The translations under genes were made by a program, and so were the position numbers. A stretch of DNA of 64,000 nt, from positions 6,730 to 70,729 of the forward strand of contig JAJOJL010000086.1 in NCBI GenBank assembly GCA_021208645.1, read 5' to 3'. Shown piece by piece: positions 42,847-53,967 of this stretch (position 1 is its first letter; each line of letters begins with the position of its first letter). Below the pieces are notes generated by a model. The model saw nothing but the letters and a program-made list of their open reading frames with translations. It was not told where the DNA came from and searched no databases. The stretch comes from Bacillus sp. (in: firmicutes). GTDB taxonomy: Bacteria > Bacillota > Bacilli > Bacillales > Salisediminibacteriaceae.

Positions 42847-44151
42847 TTATTTCACCACCTTCCAAGCGCGATAAAGGTCTTTCGCCACTCCTAATTTTCC
42901 TCTGCCAGCAGTAAAGGATTGCATGATTTTCTTTTGCTTATCCCACTTTGCTGTTCCATCCACCGTAAACATTGTCTGCATCGCTTTGTTAAGCAATGGA
43001 ACATATTCTTCAAAGTAAACTGGGTGTTCCTCAAACGTATGGGCTGCATCTTTATATTTTTTCAAATCTTTTCCTATGAAGCTATCATATATCCCTTCAT
43101 GGTAGGAATATAAAACTCGTTCAGAAAATTCACCAAGTTCTTTTGCCTTCATAATCGTCTCTGCTGCTAACTTACCTGAATACATGGCCATGTTAGACCC
43201 TTCACGATGAATAGCGTTAACAAGTTGAGCGGCGTCTCCTGCTACAATAACACCGTCACCGACCAGTTTTGGGATTGAGTTGTAACCTCCCTCTGGGATA
43301 AGGTGAGCTAAATACTCTAAGGTTTCTCCACCTTCAATATATGGCTTAATCATTGGATGACTCTTCACATACTCCAACAACTGATACGGCTTCATCTTCT
43401 TTTTAATCATGGAAGATAGTGTCGTTCCTACACCAATATTAATGCTGTCTTTGTTCGTATAAAGAAATGCTGTTCCTAATGCTCCTTGGGTAGAGTCACC
43501 AAATATTTCAACAGATACACCTTGATCATCGGAAACATTAAATCGTTCATTGATTGTTTGTTTCGGGAGTTTCATTACTTCCATTACTGTTAAAGCTACT
43601 TCGTTTGGCTTCCATTCCTTATGGAACCCTAATCCCTTTGCCAATAAGGAGTTTACACCATCAGCTAAAACGACTACATCTGCATAAACATCACCGTCAG
43701 GGCGATCCGTGCGAACACCTACTACTTTCCCGTCTTCTACAATGCATTCCGTAACAACCGTTTCATTTATTAGTGTTACACCTTGTTCTACTGCTTTGCT
43801 GGCAAACCATTTATCAAATTTAGCACGGAGAACAGTAAAGTTGTTAAAAGGTTCTTTTCCCCATTCTAATCCCTTATAGCTTGTTGTTACCATTGATTCT
43901 TTATCTAAAAACCAGAAACGTTGTTCTACTACTGGTCTTTCTAAAGGAGCTTCCTTCCAAAACTCTGGAATAATTTCCTCCATCTGCTTACGGTATAATA
44001 TTCCACCCATAACGTTTTTGGCACCAGGAAATTCTCCACGCTCAATTAATAATACATTTAATCCATTTTTAGCAGCTGTGTATGCACAGCTAGTTCCTGC
44101 TGGTCCTGCTCCTACGACGATGACATCAAATTTTTCAGGCATGTGCCACAC
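42847..44151 (-). CDS. fixC: FAD-dependent ETF:quinone oxidoreductase FixC/EtfC
   Basis: GAGPAG, GAKNVMGG, EYLAHLIPEGG, GDAA..HREGSNMAM. Confidence 0.92.
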   Translation of the reverse strand: MWHMPEKFDVIVVGAGPAGTSCAYTAAKNGLNVLLIERGEFPGAKNVMGGILYRKQMEEIIPEFWKEAPLERPVVEQRFWFLDKESMVTTSYKGLEWGKEPFNNFTVLRAKFDKWFASKAVEQGVTLINETVVTECIVEDGKVVGVRTDRPDGDVYADVVVLADGVNSLLAKGLGFHKEWKPNEVALTVMEVMKLPKQTINERFNVSDDQGVSVEIFGDSTQGALGTAFLYTNKDSINIGVGTTLSSMIKKKMKPYQLLEYVKSHPMIKPYIEGGETLEYLAHLIPEGGYNSIPKLVGDGVIVAGDAAQLVNAIHREGSNMAMYSGKLAAETIMKAKELGEFSERVLYSYHEGIYDSFIGKDLKKYKDAAHTFEEHPVYFEEYVPLLNKAMQTMFTVDGTAKWDKQKKIMQSFTAGRGKLGVAKDLYRAWKVVK

Positions 44152-45181
44152 CTCCCTTTTCTTTCTCTGCCTCTCCTTGTTGTAATGCTTTCTTGAATTC
44201 TTCCGTTAGGAGTGGCACTATTTCAAAGGCATCGGCAACGATACCATAATGAGCTACATCAAAGATTGCCGAATTTGGATCTGAGTTAATGGCAACGATT
44301 GTTTCTGAATTCTCCATTCCCACTTTATGCTGAATCGCTCCAGAGATTCCAATGGCAAAATACAGTTTAGGTGTAACAGTTAATCCCGTTTGCCCAACTT
44401 GGTGGGCATGACTGATGAGACCCATTTCAACAATATCCCGGCTTGCCCCAACTGTAGCATTTAAGACGTCTGCCAGCTCTTGGATCATCTTTAAGCCCTT
44501 CTCATCTTTAATCCCTTTCCCACCTGCAACAATAATGTCTGCATCTTCTAGGTTTACGGCTTTTGTTGTGTCTCTCACGATTTCTAAAACTTTCGTGCGA
44601 AGATCTTCTTCTTTAAGTTGGATTGTCTCTTCAATGACTTCTCCTGTTCTGCCCGGCTCTGGGTCTAGCTTCGACATAACCTTCGGACGAACGGTTGCCA
44701 TTTGCGGACGGTGCTTTTTACAGAGAATCGTTGCCATAATATTACCACCAAAGGCTGGTCGGCTTGCTTCTAATAGTCGTTTCTCCAAATCCACATCTAA
44801 CATGGTTGTATCGGCAGTTAAACCTGTCATAACCTCTGTTGCCACCGCACTGGCTAAGTCTTTTCCATTGGAAGTTGCCCCATAAAGGAAAATTTCTGGT
44901 TTGTATTTTCTGACAAGATCTCCTACGGCTTTCATATAGGTTTCAGAACGGTATTTTTCTACGATTGGATCATCAATGACATACAGTTTATCGGCGCCAT
45001 GTTCAAAGACATCCTTTGCTAATCCTTTCACATTATGGCCTAGCAAAACACCACATAGATCCACTTCTAATTTATCAGCTAAGTCTCTTCCTGCCCCAAG
45101 CAGTTCTAGACCTACATCCACTAGTTCTCCATCTCTTTGTTCAATGAATACCCAAACACCTCTGTACTCCTCCATGCTCAT
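44135..45181 (-). CDS. fixB: ETF alpha subunit FixB
   Basis: RPAFGGNIMATI, QVGQTG, GISGAIQH. Confidence 0.92.
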   Translation of the reverse strand: MSMEEYRGVWVFIEQRDGELVDVGLELLGAGRDLADKLEVDLCGVLLGHNVKGLAKDVFEHGADKLYVIDDPIVEKYRSETYMKAVGDLVRKYKPEIFLYGATSNGKDLASAVATEVMTGLTADTTMLDVDLEKRLLEASRPAFGGNIMATILCKKHRPQMATVRPKVMSKLDPEPGRTGEVIEETIQLKEEDLRTKVLEIVRDTTKAVNLEDADIIVAGGKGIKDEKGLKMIQELADVLNATVGASRDIVEMGLISHAHQVGQTGLTVTPKLYFAIGISGAIQHKVGMENSETIVAINSDPNSAIFDVAHYGIVADAFEIVPLLTEEFKKALQQGEAEKEKGGVAHA

Positions 45182-46009
45182 GCCTGCTCCCCACCTTTCA
45201 CTTCAAAAAGCTCTTTCTTTTGCAGAAGAATTGAAACTATTTCTGCTGCTTGCTTTTTTGTATCTCCTTCAATAATTTGTGCCCCTTCACTTTTGGCTGG
45301 AGGCCACATTTTACCTACAATTGTTGGAGACCCTTTAAGACCAAGTTGCTTAATATCTACATCATTCAAGTCATCTACAGTCCAAACAGTAGGGTTATAG
45401 CGTGCTGCTCTGAGCATGTTTGGCATCGGTGAATACGCAACTTCATTAATTTCCTTTTCAACAGTTAGTAAGCATGGCAAATCAGATTGAAGTACCTCGT
45501 AACCGTTTTCAATCTTACGTCTAACTTTCATTTTTCTTCCTTCGAGATCTACTTCTTCCACTAGGATTACATTTGTTAGTGGCGGAATCCCCATACGTCT
45601 AGCAATCCCTGGTCCAACTTGCCCCGTATCTCCATCAATCGCGTGTTTTCCACATAAAACTAAATCAACACCATCTTCATTCATCATCTTATCAATCGCT
45701 TTATACAATGCATAACTAGTTGCTAACGTATCTGCCCCTGCAAATCTGCGGTCAGAAATTAAGAACCCCTCATCAGCACCAATTTGGATACATTTTTTTA
45801 ATGGCTTCCCTTGCTTGTGGAGGCCCCATGGATAGTACAGTGACTTTCCCCCCGTGAATAGCCCTTAAACGAACTGCTTCTTCCACTGCATGGGCATCAT
45901 AAGGATTTAAAATAGCCGGCGCGCTGGATCGATCCAGTGTGTTCGTTTTTGGATTGACTTTAATGATCTTCGTGTCAGGTACTTGCTTAATACAAACAAG
46001 AATATTCAT
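45178..46009 (-). CDS. fixA: ETF beta subunit FixA (frameshift near 45795)
   Basis: CIKQVPDT, NPYD, GKHAIDGDTGQVGP, GLKGSPT. Confidence 0.92.
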
Positions 46010-46070
46010 TTTCTCCCCACCTTCTTCAATCTAGTAAACTAAAACATTATAAAAATACTATTTCACAACA

Positions 46071-46130
46071 TTGTTCACGCTTTCACGAACCATGTTGGAC
46101 GTCCCCCCATTTTTGTTCAATAGTTCACGA
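46071..46130. promoter_or_regulatory. Two Rex/Fnr-like boxes upstream of fixA
   Basis: TTGTTCA-cgct-TTCACGA and TTGTTCA-atag-TTCACGA versus consensus TTGTGAA-N4-TTCACAA. Confidence 0.55.
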
Positions 46131-46565
46131 AAGTTTGCAACGTAAGTGAACCTTTTGGACAATCATAACTGTGTTACTTACTTAAGTATGGTATTAATTT
46201 TGATGGAATAATTGCTAAATTGTAATACTATATGGATCCCCAAGATAAAAATGTTAGACTAAGCCTCCCTTCACTGCTTTTCCGCCAGTAGGAATATAAG
46301 AACTTGCCTTCATCACTTTTTGAACAAATTATGATATTAAATTTTTGAAAGCGCATCCTTATTTTATTTATATCAAAAATAATGATGACTAACAACCGTA
46401 AATTATCTGATTTTAAAAAAAATACAAAATTTTTATACATTTAACTATTTATATACATTTTAATATAAAAATTATGGTAAAGCTATGACAAAACGGTGAA
46501 CAAACTGTATTTTGTTCACCGTTTAGCCATATATATGTTGTTATTTTAGGTTAATTAGATTTGAT

Positions 46566-47354
46566 CTATGTGGTATGAACAGCCATTTCTTTGTTACGGA
46601 AAACATATATGGCAGTCGCCAACATCACTATAATTAAAAGAACAGTACAAATAATAGAAAGGAATAATGCCTCTCCCCCAGATCCTGTTTGGAAGAAGGA
46701 ATAACTATGACTAGTTAACATAGTAGGAGACCACCGCATAATATTTGGAACGATACTTCCTACAATGCTCAAAGTGATTGTTATGCCCAATGTTAAGAAG
46801 GCCACTACACCGCTGCTCTTTATAATTGTACTGAAGAACACCACCAAGGTGATAACAAAAAGAAGCCATAGAATATAAATGAAAATACCTTGGATCACTT
46901 GACTAAAAGGTACCGTTTCGATAAGCAAATGAGTGTAATACAATGCTAAAAGAAACCCTAGTACAAACGAACTTACAGCTAATAAACTAATATGTACCCA
47001 TTTTGCAGTAATATAAGAAATGTAGGAAACAGGTTTAACTAAAATCATAATATTCGTTCCACTCGTTCTTTCTCCTGCTACCGTTCCCATAAACGCAAGA
47101 ACTAAAACAAGTATCCCTATTTGGTTAAATTGCCCTAACGTTTCCGCTAATACTTGTGCTCCCGTTGGTAAAGGAAATTCCATAACAGCCCCCTCCGGAA
47201 GCCCACCGAAATTTTTAATAATGTCAGGCAAATAATAAGAAGTGACTGGCTGTGTAATTCCTAACAAAACAAATACAATCGGTATCCATAGCCACTTAAA
47301 GTTTCTGATCGATTCAACAAATTCCTTTTTAAAAAGCACAAACCATTGTTCCAT
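46566..47354 (-). CDS. yxlG: ABC-2 permease (YxlG-like)
   Basis: KWLWIPIVFVLLGITQP, VAGERTSG..VKP. Confidence 0.75.
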   Translation of the reverse strand: MEQWFVLFKKEFVESIRNFKWLWIPIVFVLLGITQPVTSYYLPDIIKNFGGLPEGAVMEFPLPTGAQVLAETLGQFNQIGILVLVLAFMGTVAGERTSGTNIMILVKPVSYISYITAKWVHISLLAVSSFVLGFLLALYYTHLLIETVPFSQVIQGIFIYILWLLFVITLVVFFSTIIKSSGVVAFLTLGITITLSIVGSIVPNIMRWSPTMLTSHSYSFFQTGSGGEALFLSIICTVLLIIVMLATAIYVFRNKEMAVHTT

Positions 47355-48255
47355 TATTTTGTCACCTCCAAGAACAAGTCCTCCAGTGTCGTTTTTACTA
47401 TTTCAAAATTTACAAGCTTAAGCTTTAACAACTTCTCATTACTAAGTAAAAACTCCCTAGCTGCATCTATGTTTTCTACAGTCATTGTTAAATGATGTTC
47501 GTCGGATTTCATATGCCTTAGCCATTCTTGTTTTTTTAATGTATAGGTCCATTGATCTAGAGCTTCCTCTGTTTCTATATATATTGTAGGCTGCTGATAT
47601 TTTTTTGTAACTCTTTAAGATTACCACCAATGACGGCTTTCCCTTCTTTAATGATATAAATATCTTCACAAATTTCTTCTGCATCATGTAGAACATGGGT
47701 AGAAAAAAGGATGGAGGTGGATTGCTTCAATTTATTCATTAATTGAAGTACCTCTCGGCGACCAATTGGATCCAATGCAGATACTGGTTCATCTAATATA
47801 ACTAGCCTCGGTTCATGAACGAGGGCTTGTGCTATACCTAGTCGCTGCTTCATTCCCCCAGAGTATCCAGCGATCTTCTTCTTTCTAGCGTCAGTTAGGC
47901 CAACTAGCTCTAATAGTTCATTGGCTTTTTCCCTTGCTCTCTCCTTTGATAATCCCCCTAATTGACCAGCATGAATAACATACTCTTCCCCACTCATCCA
48001 ACCATAAAATTTAGGATATTGTGGTAAGTAGCCAATGTATTGCCTTCTATCTCCTTGATACCTTGCGTCAAAGGATATGGAGCCTGATGTTGGTTTCATT
48101 AGGCCAGTTAACATATTCAGGGTTGTCGTTTTCCCGGCACCATTTGGGCCTAATAAAGCCGTACACACTCCCTCATTAATGGTTAAATCTATTCCTTTCA
48201 CTGCTTTTGTCCCGTTAAATGATTTGGTTAATTGTTCTGTTTTGATCAAGCTCAT
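47354..48255 (-). CDS. yxlF: ABC ATP-binding protein (YxlF-like; C-terminal frameshift)
   Basis: GPNGAGKTT, YSGGMKQR, LDEPVSALDP. Confidence 0.8.
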
Positions 48256-48467
48256 TAGTCTTGTCTCCTTCCAAAAATGAAATAGAGAATGGGACCAATA
48301 AGGTTAACAAACACAATTACGAGAACCCATACCCATAACGGTCCATTTGTTTTGTTATGCCGAAAGCAATCTACTAATGCTACAATCATTAAAATAAATT
48401 GAATAACTAAAATCGGAGCAATTAATCCCCAAGGTATTTCTTGTAACCCTAGTTGTAATTCTTCCAT
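48255..48467 (-). CDS. yxlE: PLD N-terminal-like small membrane protein (YxlE-like)
   Basis: WGLIAPILVIQ..ALVD..GPLWVW..GPILYFIFGR. Confidence 0.8.
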   Translation of the reverse strand: MEELQLGLQEIPWGLIAPILVIQFILMIVALVDCFRHNKTNGPLWVWVLVIVFVNLIGPILYFIFGRRQD

Positions 48468-48818
48468 TGTTTTTAACCCCCTCTAAATAATTTCTTTAAA
48501 ATGTAAAGCATTCTTTAAGTCCATCTTATACTACGGAGGAAATAAGAAAAGGTTTCAACTTCAGCATTTCCAAAAAAAGTGTGAACATTCTTTAATAAGC
48601 TATGAGAATAGGAAAATTCTGTGGAAATAGAATTATTGAAAGGGAAAAAGAAGTGTTACTTAAGCTATTGAATTGAATAAATAACCTACATAAATTTGTC
48701 TTATGGAGCGATATATATAAAGAAAGGAGACAACTTTATAAATGCACAACATATCAATTTATTAAAACCTTCATCCACATCTGTTGTTGCTACTTTTATT
48801 ATTTGGAGGATCACACTT

Positions 48819-49639
48819 ATGAAATTGCCCTGGTTATTTATTGTTACTATCTTCATCCTATTAGGATGTAATGAAAATACATCAGATGATGAATTTACTA
48901 TTGAAGACATAGTAAATAAATCAATAGAAGTGATGGAGGCTGTAGACAGTTATACTTTCGAAATGGACTCACAGCAAATTATGAATTTGACAGATACAGA
49001 ACACGTCAATTTATATTCTCAATTAAAAATGGATTTAGTAACTGTCCCGTTAACCTTTTATCAACAAACTAGCATTAATTCAGAATTACTGGGGGAAACA
49101 GTTTATTACCAAACTTATTATTCAGAAGAAGAAGGACTGTTTATGGAAGACCCATTCTCGAACGACTGGGCTAAATACCCAGAAGTATTGGTAACGGAGA
49201 TACTAAATGACTCTGAAGAACATATCCATCCAAAAGGGCAACTCGTTCCCCTTTAATGTATACATCTGAAATATCCCTCAATTCAGAAAACGACACGTAC
49301 ATTCTTCACCTTTCTGGTAAAGGAAAAACATTAGAAGACTTAGCTGAACATTTATTAAGTATGTCATCTAATAACATGGACGAAATATTTCAGATCCTTT
49401 CTAATTTGGAAATTCTTGAGTTAGACTATATGGTCTTTATTGATAAAGAATCTTTTCACCTTATAAAATCTTCCATTAAAATAGTTATGGATATGGAGAT
49501 ACTGGATGAAAGAATCCAATCTGTGTTAACTACACAAGTAAGAATGGGAAAATTTAATGAAGTTATTAATCTTGTGATTCCTGAAGATATTATTAAAAAT
49601 GCTGTAGAATTGAGTGAGGAAGAGATTTTTGGAAGATGA
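48819..49639 (+). CDS. Lipoprotein, DUF6612-like (frameshift near 49252)
   Basis: RBS GGAGG, lipobox LLGC, acidic beta-rich body split across two ORFs. Confidence 0.65.
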
Positions 49640-49803
49640 ATGAATTACAAATTCAAAATATTTACTCTCCTGCTATAACGGTAATCTATAGCAGGGTTTT
49701 TCATATATAATAACGTACTATTGTTAACATCTAAACCCAGAATTAAGATGAATTAGCCTTGAAAATTAACAAAAAAAAGACTTGTATCAATCAAGTCTAA
49801 AAA

Positions 49804-49879
49804 TGGTGAGCCATGAAGGACTCGAACCTTCGACCCTCTGATTAAAAGTCAGATGCTCTACCAACTGAGCTAATGGCTC
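49804..49879 (-). tRNA. tRNA-Lys(TTT)
   Basis: GAGCCATTAGCTCAG..CTTTTAA..CCA. Confidence 0.95.
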
Positions 49880-49906
49880 TTATACTATTAGTATTAAAAT
49901 AACTAG

Positions 49907-49978
49907 TGACCCGTACGGGATTCGAACCCGTGTTACCGCCGTGAAAGGGCGGTGTCTTAACCACTTGACCAACGGGCC
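49907..49978 (-). tRNA. tRNA-Glu(TTC), CCA not encoded
   Basis: GGCCCGTTGGTCAAG..CTTTCAC..GGGTCA. Confidence 0.95.
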
Positions 49979-50008
49979 ATTAATAATTTCACAAGACATG
50001 AAATATAC

Positions 50009-50099
50009 TGGCGGAGAAGGAGGGATTTGAACCCTCGCGCCGCTTACACGACCTACACCCTTAGCAGGGGCGCCTCTTCAGCCACTTGAGTACTTCTCC
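50009..50099 (-). tRNA. tRNA-Ser(GCT)
   Basis: GGAGAAGTACTCAAG..CTGCTAA; long variable arm. Confidence 0.95.
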
Positions 50100-50106
50100 A
50101 TCAATA

Positions 50107-50182
50107 TGGCTCCACAGGCAGGACTCGAACCTGCGACCGATCGGTTAACAGCCGATTGCTCTACCAACTGAGCTACTGTGGA
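50107..50182 (-). tRNA. tRNA-Asn(GTT)
   Basis: TCCACAGTAGCTCAG..CTGTTAA..CCA. Confidence 0.95.
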
Positions 50183-50191
50183 ACATTTATA

Positions 50192-50268
<77 letters not shown>

Positions 50269-50309
50269 ATCTATGAAAATACATAAATGGTTTGTCCATT
50301 TTTATATAA

Positions 50310-50383
50310 TGGAGCGGGTGATGAGAATCGAACTCACGACATCAGCTTGGAAGGCTGAGGTTTTACCACTAAACTACACCCGC
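50310..50383 (-). tRNA. tRNA-Gly(TCC)
   Basis: GCGGGTGTAGTTTAG..CTTCCAA..CCA. Confidence 0.95.
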
Positions 50384-50403
50384 ATATTGAAGTATTCTGT
50401 TTT

Positions 50404-50535
50404 ACAGCGACATTCATTATATTAATATATCTTCAACCTTCTGTCAACCACTTTTTCATAAGATTGAACAAGCTTGGGATTGATTTATTAACAGCGACAA
50501 GTAATAATATAATATAATCCCAAGCTCAATGTCAA
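50404..50535 (-). promoter_or_regulatory. Tandem P1/P2 SigA stable-RNA promoters
   Basis: Two TTGACA..AT-rich -10..GTCGCTGT units. Confidence 0.75.
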
Positions 50536-51048
50536 CTATTTCACAGAAAAAGTTTTACTCAAATCATCTAATTTAACTCCAGCTATAGAATAATAGGCAA
50601 CATCTATTTCCGTTCCTGTTTTCTCCACTAAAACATAAGTTCCAACTTTTACTTGGCGAGGTAGTCTCATACTTCCAGGATTAACAATAATAATCCCCTT
50701 TTCCTCAAAGGCTATAGGCACATGGGTGTGACCGAAGCATACAATATCCGCCCCTGATTCCTGTGCCTTATAAACTAAATTCATGGCTGTCATTTTAACA
50801 TTAAGGAGATGGCCGTGAGCAATATAGAAGTTCACACCATTTACTTCTTCGTTGATCTCCTCAGGAAATCCACTACCAAAATCACAGTTTCCCCTTACAG
50901 TATATACATTATCTAATACTGGTGATTCTTCAGCTAATTCAGAGTCGCCGCAATGAAATAATGCGTCCACTTCACCACGATGACGCTCAATGACAGCAGC
51001 AAGTTCCTTTTCCCAACCATGACTATCGCTCATAATTAGTGCACGCAT
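50536..51048 (-). CDS. ysnB: Metallophosphoesterase YsnB
   Basis: SDSHG, HCGD, VRGNCD, HGH, GHTH, NPGS. Confidence 0.92.
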   Translation of the reverse strand: MRALIMSDSHGWEKELAAVIERHRGEVDALFHCGDSELAEESPVLDNVYTVRGNCDFGSGFPEEINEEVNGVNFYIAHGHLLNVKMTAMNLVYKAQESGADIVCFGHTHVPIAFEEKGIIIVNPGSMRLPRQVKVGTYVLVEKTGTEIDVAYYSIAGVKLDDLSKTFSVK

Positions 51049-51081
51049 ATTGTCTCCTCTCCATTCTTCAACTATAAATTT

Positions 51082-51687
51082 TTACACATCAAACCAGTTT
51101 TCCCATTCTTTTTCTAGAATTCTAAGGGCATTTGCCCGGTGACTAATTTTATTTTTTTCTTCTTTCTCCAACTGAGCCATTGTCTTGTTTAATGAAGGAA
51201 CAAAAAAAGATTGGGTCATAGCCAAAACCATGTTCTCCAACAGGTTCATTGGAGATGATACCTTCACATGTTCCTCTTACTGTCTTTGTTTCCCTACCTG
51301 GAATATAAACTGCTAAAACACAAACAAACCTTCCTGACCTTTCACGAGCAGGTAACCCATTTAATTCTTTAATACCTTTTCAAATTAGCATGATCACTTT
51401 TTTTCCGTTCCTGCGTACCTCGCTGAATATATTCCTGGCCTACCTCCAAGGGCGTCTACCTCTAATCCTGAATCATCAGCAAGAACGGGCTCACCGATGA
51501 TCCTTCCAATTTCCTCTGCTTTTTTTCTTGCATTTTCTTCGAACGTTGAACCATCTTCCACCACATCAATATCTTCTGTTAAATCTAACAGGGATTTTAC
51601 TTCTATTCCTTTCCCCTCAAAAAAAGCAGCAAATTCCTTTACTTTTCCTTTGTTTTTGGTGGCAATAAATAACTGCTGGATTTTCAT
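51082..51687 (-). CDS. rdgB: XTP/dITP diphosphatase (frameshifted)
   Basis: [40 protein letters not shown]. Confidence 0.92.
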
Positions 51688-52486
51688 ACAATCGGATCGT
51701 CCTTTTTCTCAACTTGTTGGGAGGCAGTTTCAGAAGCAATTACTACTTTAGGTAAATTCTCTACACCCTCCCCTATTGCTTTCCGTTGGTGTTCAAATAA
51801 CTCGAAAATACCCTTTTCTGCTAAATCGATCATTTCATTAAATTGTTTGCGAGAGAAAGTAGCTTCTTCGCCTGTACCTTGTACTTCAACAAACTCTCCA
51901 TCACCAGTCATAATTATATTCATATCTACTTCTGCCTTGGAGTCTTCCACATAATTTAGATCAAGGATAGCCCCTTCCCCTTCATCGATTCCTACGGATA
52001 CAGCAGCCAAATATTTTTTCACAGGGAACTTATTAATAGCTTTCGTTTGAAGTAGTTTATTAACGGCAATAACCATGGCTACAAATGCCCCTGTAATGGA
52101 GCTGTTCTTGTACCTCCATCGGCTTGTATAACGTCACAGTCGATCCAAATCGTCCTCTCACCTATGGCACCTAAGTCTACGACGGAACGTAGTGCTCGTC
52201 CAATAAGCCTTTGTATTTCCATTGTCCTTCCTGATACCTTCCCTTTAGAAGATTCTCGAATGTTCCTTTGCTCTGTTGCACGGGGTAGCATTGAATATTC
52301 TGCCGTAATCCAGCCTTTCCCTTGTCCTCTCATGAAAGGTGGCACCCTGTCTTCAATACTCGCTGTACAAATAACTTTTGTATCACCAAAGGCAATGAGT
52401 ACAGATCCTTCTGGATGCTTTATGTAATCTGTCTGTATTTCAATATTCCTTAACTCATTTTTACTTCTTCCATCATGACGCATCAT
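51684..52486 (-). CDS. rph: Ribonuclease PH (frameshift near 52095)
   Basis: [35 protein letters not shown]. Confidence 0.96.
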
Positions 52487-52621
52487 AATCCACTCCTATT
52501 AATGTACTTTCTTTATGTACCTATACAATCATTTTTCCATCCAGAACCTCAGTGAACCCTTCCTGCATCAGGGGCCAATTGCACCCCTTCTCCCGGAACA
52601 GATGAAAAAACGGAAGGAAAA

Positions 52622-52648
52622 AGGAGTAGCTTATAATAAGCTACTCCC
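52622..52648 (-). terminator. gerM terminator
   Basis: GGAGTAGCTTAT / ATAAGCTACTCC plus T-tract. Confidence 0.75.
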
Positions 52649-52689
52649 TTATGATAATTCTTTACGAATGGGATTTCAAATAGTGATCC

Positions 52690-53820
52690 TTAATATTCAC
52701 CTGTATTTACCATATTGGGACGTGAAACAGGTTCCGTCAACGTTTCTCCTGTACTTACCATGATTGTTCCTTCTGACTCAACTTGTAAAGCTACACTTTG
52801 TACATCCTTCTGTTCTGTCAAGGATAGTACCAACATATTAAGAACTTCATGGGATATGGCTTGCCCTTCCATTGTGCTCAACAACACTTCATTAAAGTTT
52901 AATGTAAGTGTACCATCTGCTGACAGCATCGGTGCTTCAATTAGCTCTAACCCGCTACGCATACTCGAGAGTAATGGCGACATTATATCTGGTCCTTTGG
53001 CTAACTCCGTTATTACTGCTTCATAATTATCCATTTGTTGCGGGACACGTCGTGTGACAGGCACATAATACGTATGATTGTCGATTTGTGATAAGAAATA
53101 AACCACAACAGGCTTTGTATTAACAATGTCTACTTCATCAGTCATTTCCAAATTAATACCATGAGCCCTAGTATACCCTGAAGAAATTGGGGTACCATTT
53201 TGTGGCATCATCTCAAGATCGTCTCCATTTACCTGTAATTTAATTCTATCCACATTCTCCATCTGTGTTACGGTCCAGGTTAATGCCTGTAGAACTTGCA
53301 TTTCTAAATTAGGGTGGTACTGACTAAATTGGTCAGAGAAATTTAACGTGGCAACGCCATTCCCATCCACTTGAACGTCTAATAATTCTGTACCAGATGG
53401 GAGAACTGCCTGGAAGCCATTTGGTAATAGTTCTGTTATTGGTCCGCCTTGAATTAAGTATTCTACTGCTTTTTCAACTTGATTTTCTCCTCTAGGAATA
53501 TTAATGCTTTGAGGTGCTACTAGTCCATTTTTATCTAATAAATAAAGTTCAGTCATGACTGTTTCACTTACTGTACCACCTTTTTCCTCCAGTTCTTCTC
53601 CATCGGCTTCACCGTCTCCATCCATATCGGTCATCGGTTCACCGATTTCTCCATCATCCACACCTGCTTGAACATCCACATCTTCATCAATATAGTTTAT
53701 TTGTGGTGGATCCACCTCTTCTAGTACTTCTTCATCTGCTGGCTCCGAGCCACATGCCGTGAGTGCTACTGCTGCTGTTACTATCAGCAACCACCCTAAT
53801 TTCGTTTTTAGGCGACGCAT
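52690..53820 (-). CDS. gerM: Spore germination lipoprotein GerM
   Basis: Lipobox LTAC, two GerMN domains, YYVPVTRR, VSRPNMVNTG; start at MRRLK. Confidence 0.92.
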   Translation of the reverse strand: MRRLKTKLGWLLIVTAAVALTACGSEPADEEVLEEVDPPQINYIDEDVDVQAGVDDGEIGEPMTDMDGDGEADGEELEEKGGTVSETVMTELYLLDKNGLVAPQSINIPRGENQVEKAVEYLIQGGPITELLPNGFQAVLPSGTELLDVQVDGNGVATLNFSDQFSQYHPNLEMQVLQALTWTVTQMENVDRIKLQVNGDDLEMMPQNGTPISSGYTRAHGINLEMTDEVDIVNTKPVVVYFLSQIDNHTYYVPVTRRVPQQMDNYEAVITELAKGPDIMSPLLSSMRSGLELIEAPMLSADGTLTLNFNEVLLSTMEGQAISHEVLNMLVLSLTEQKDVQSVALQVESEGTIMVSTGETLTEPVSRPNMVNTGEY

Positions 53821-53850
53821 AGTTTCCCCTCCTTGACTGTTTGTACTAAC

Positions 53851-53879
53851 ATGTATACGAGCTATTCCATAATTTAGAC
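53851..53879 (-). promoter_or_regulatory. SigE-type promoter of gerM
   Basis: GTCTAAAT..CGTATACAT. Confidence 0.55.
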
Positions 53880-53967
53880 CATAAGAATCGAACAACCTGT
53901 AAGGAATTTTAATAGTTGACAATAATAAAAGGGAACCTAACCCTATTCAATAGGTGGTTCCCTTTTA

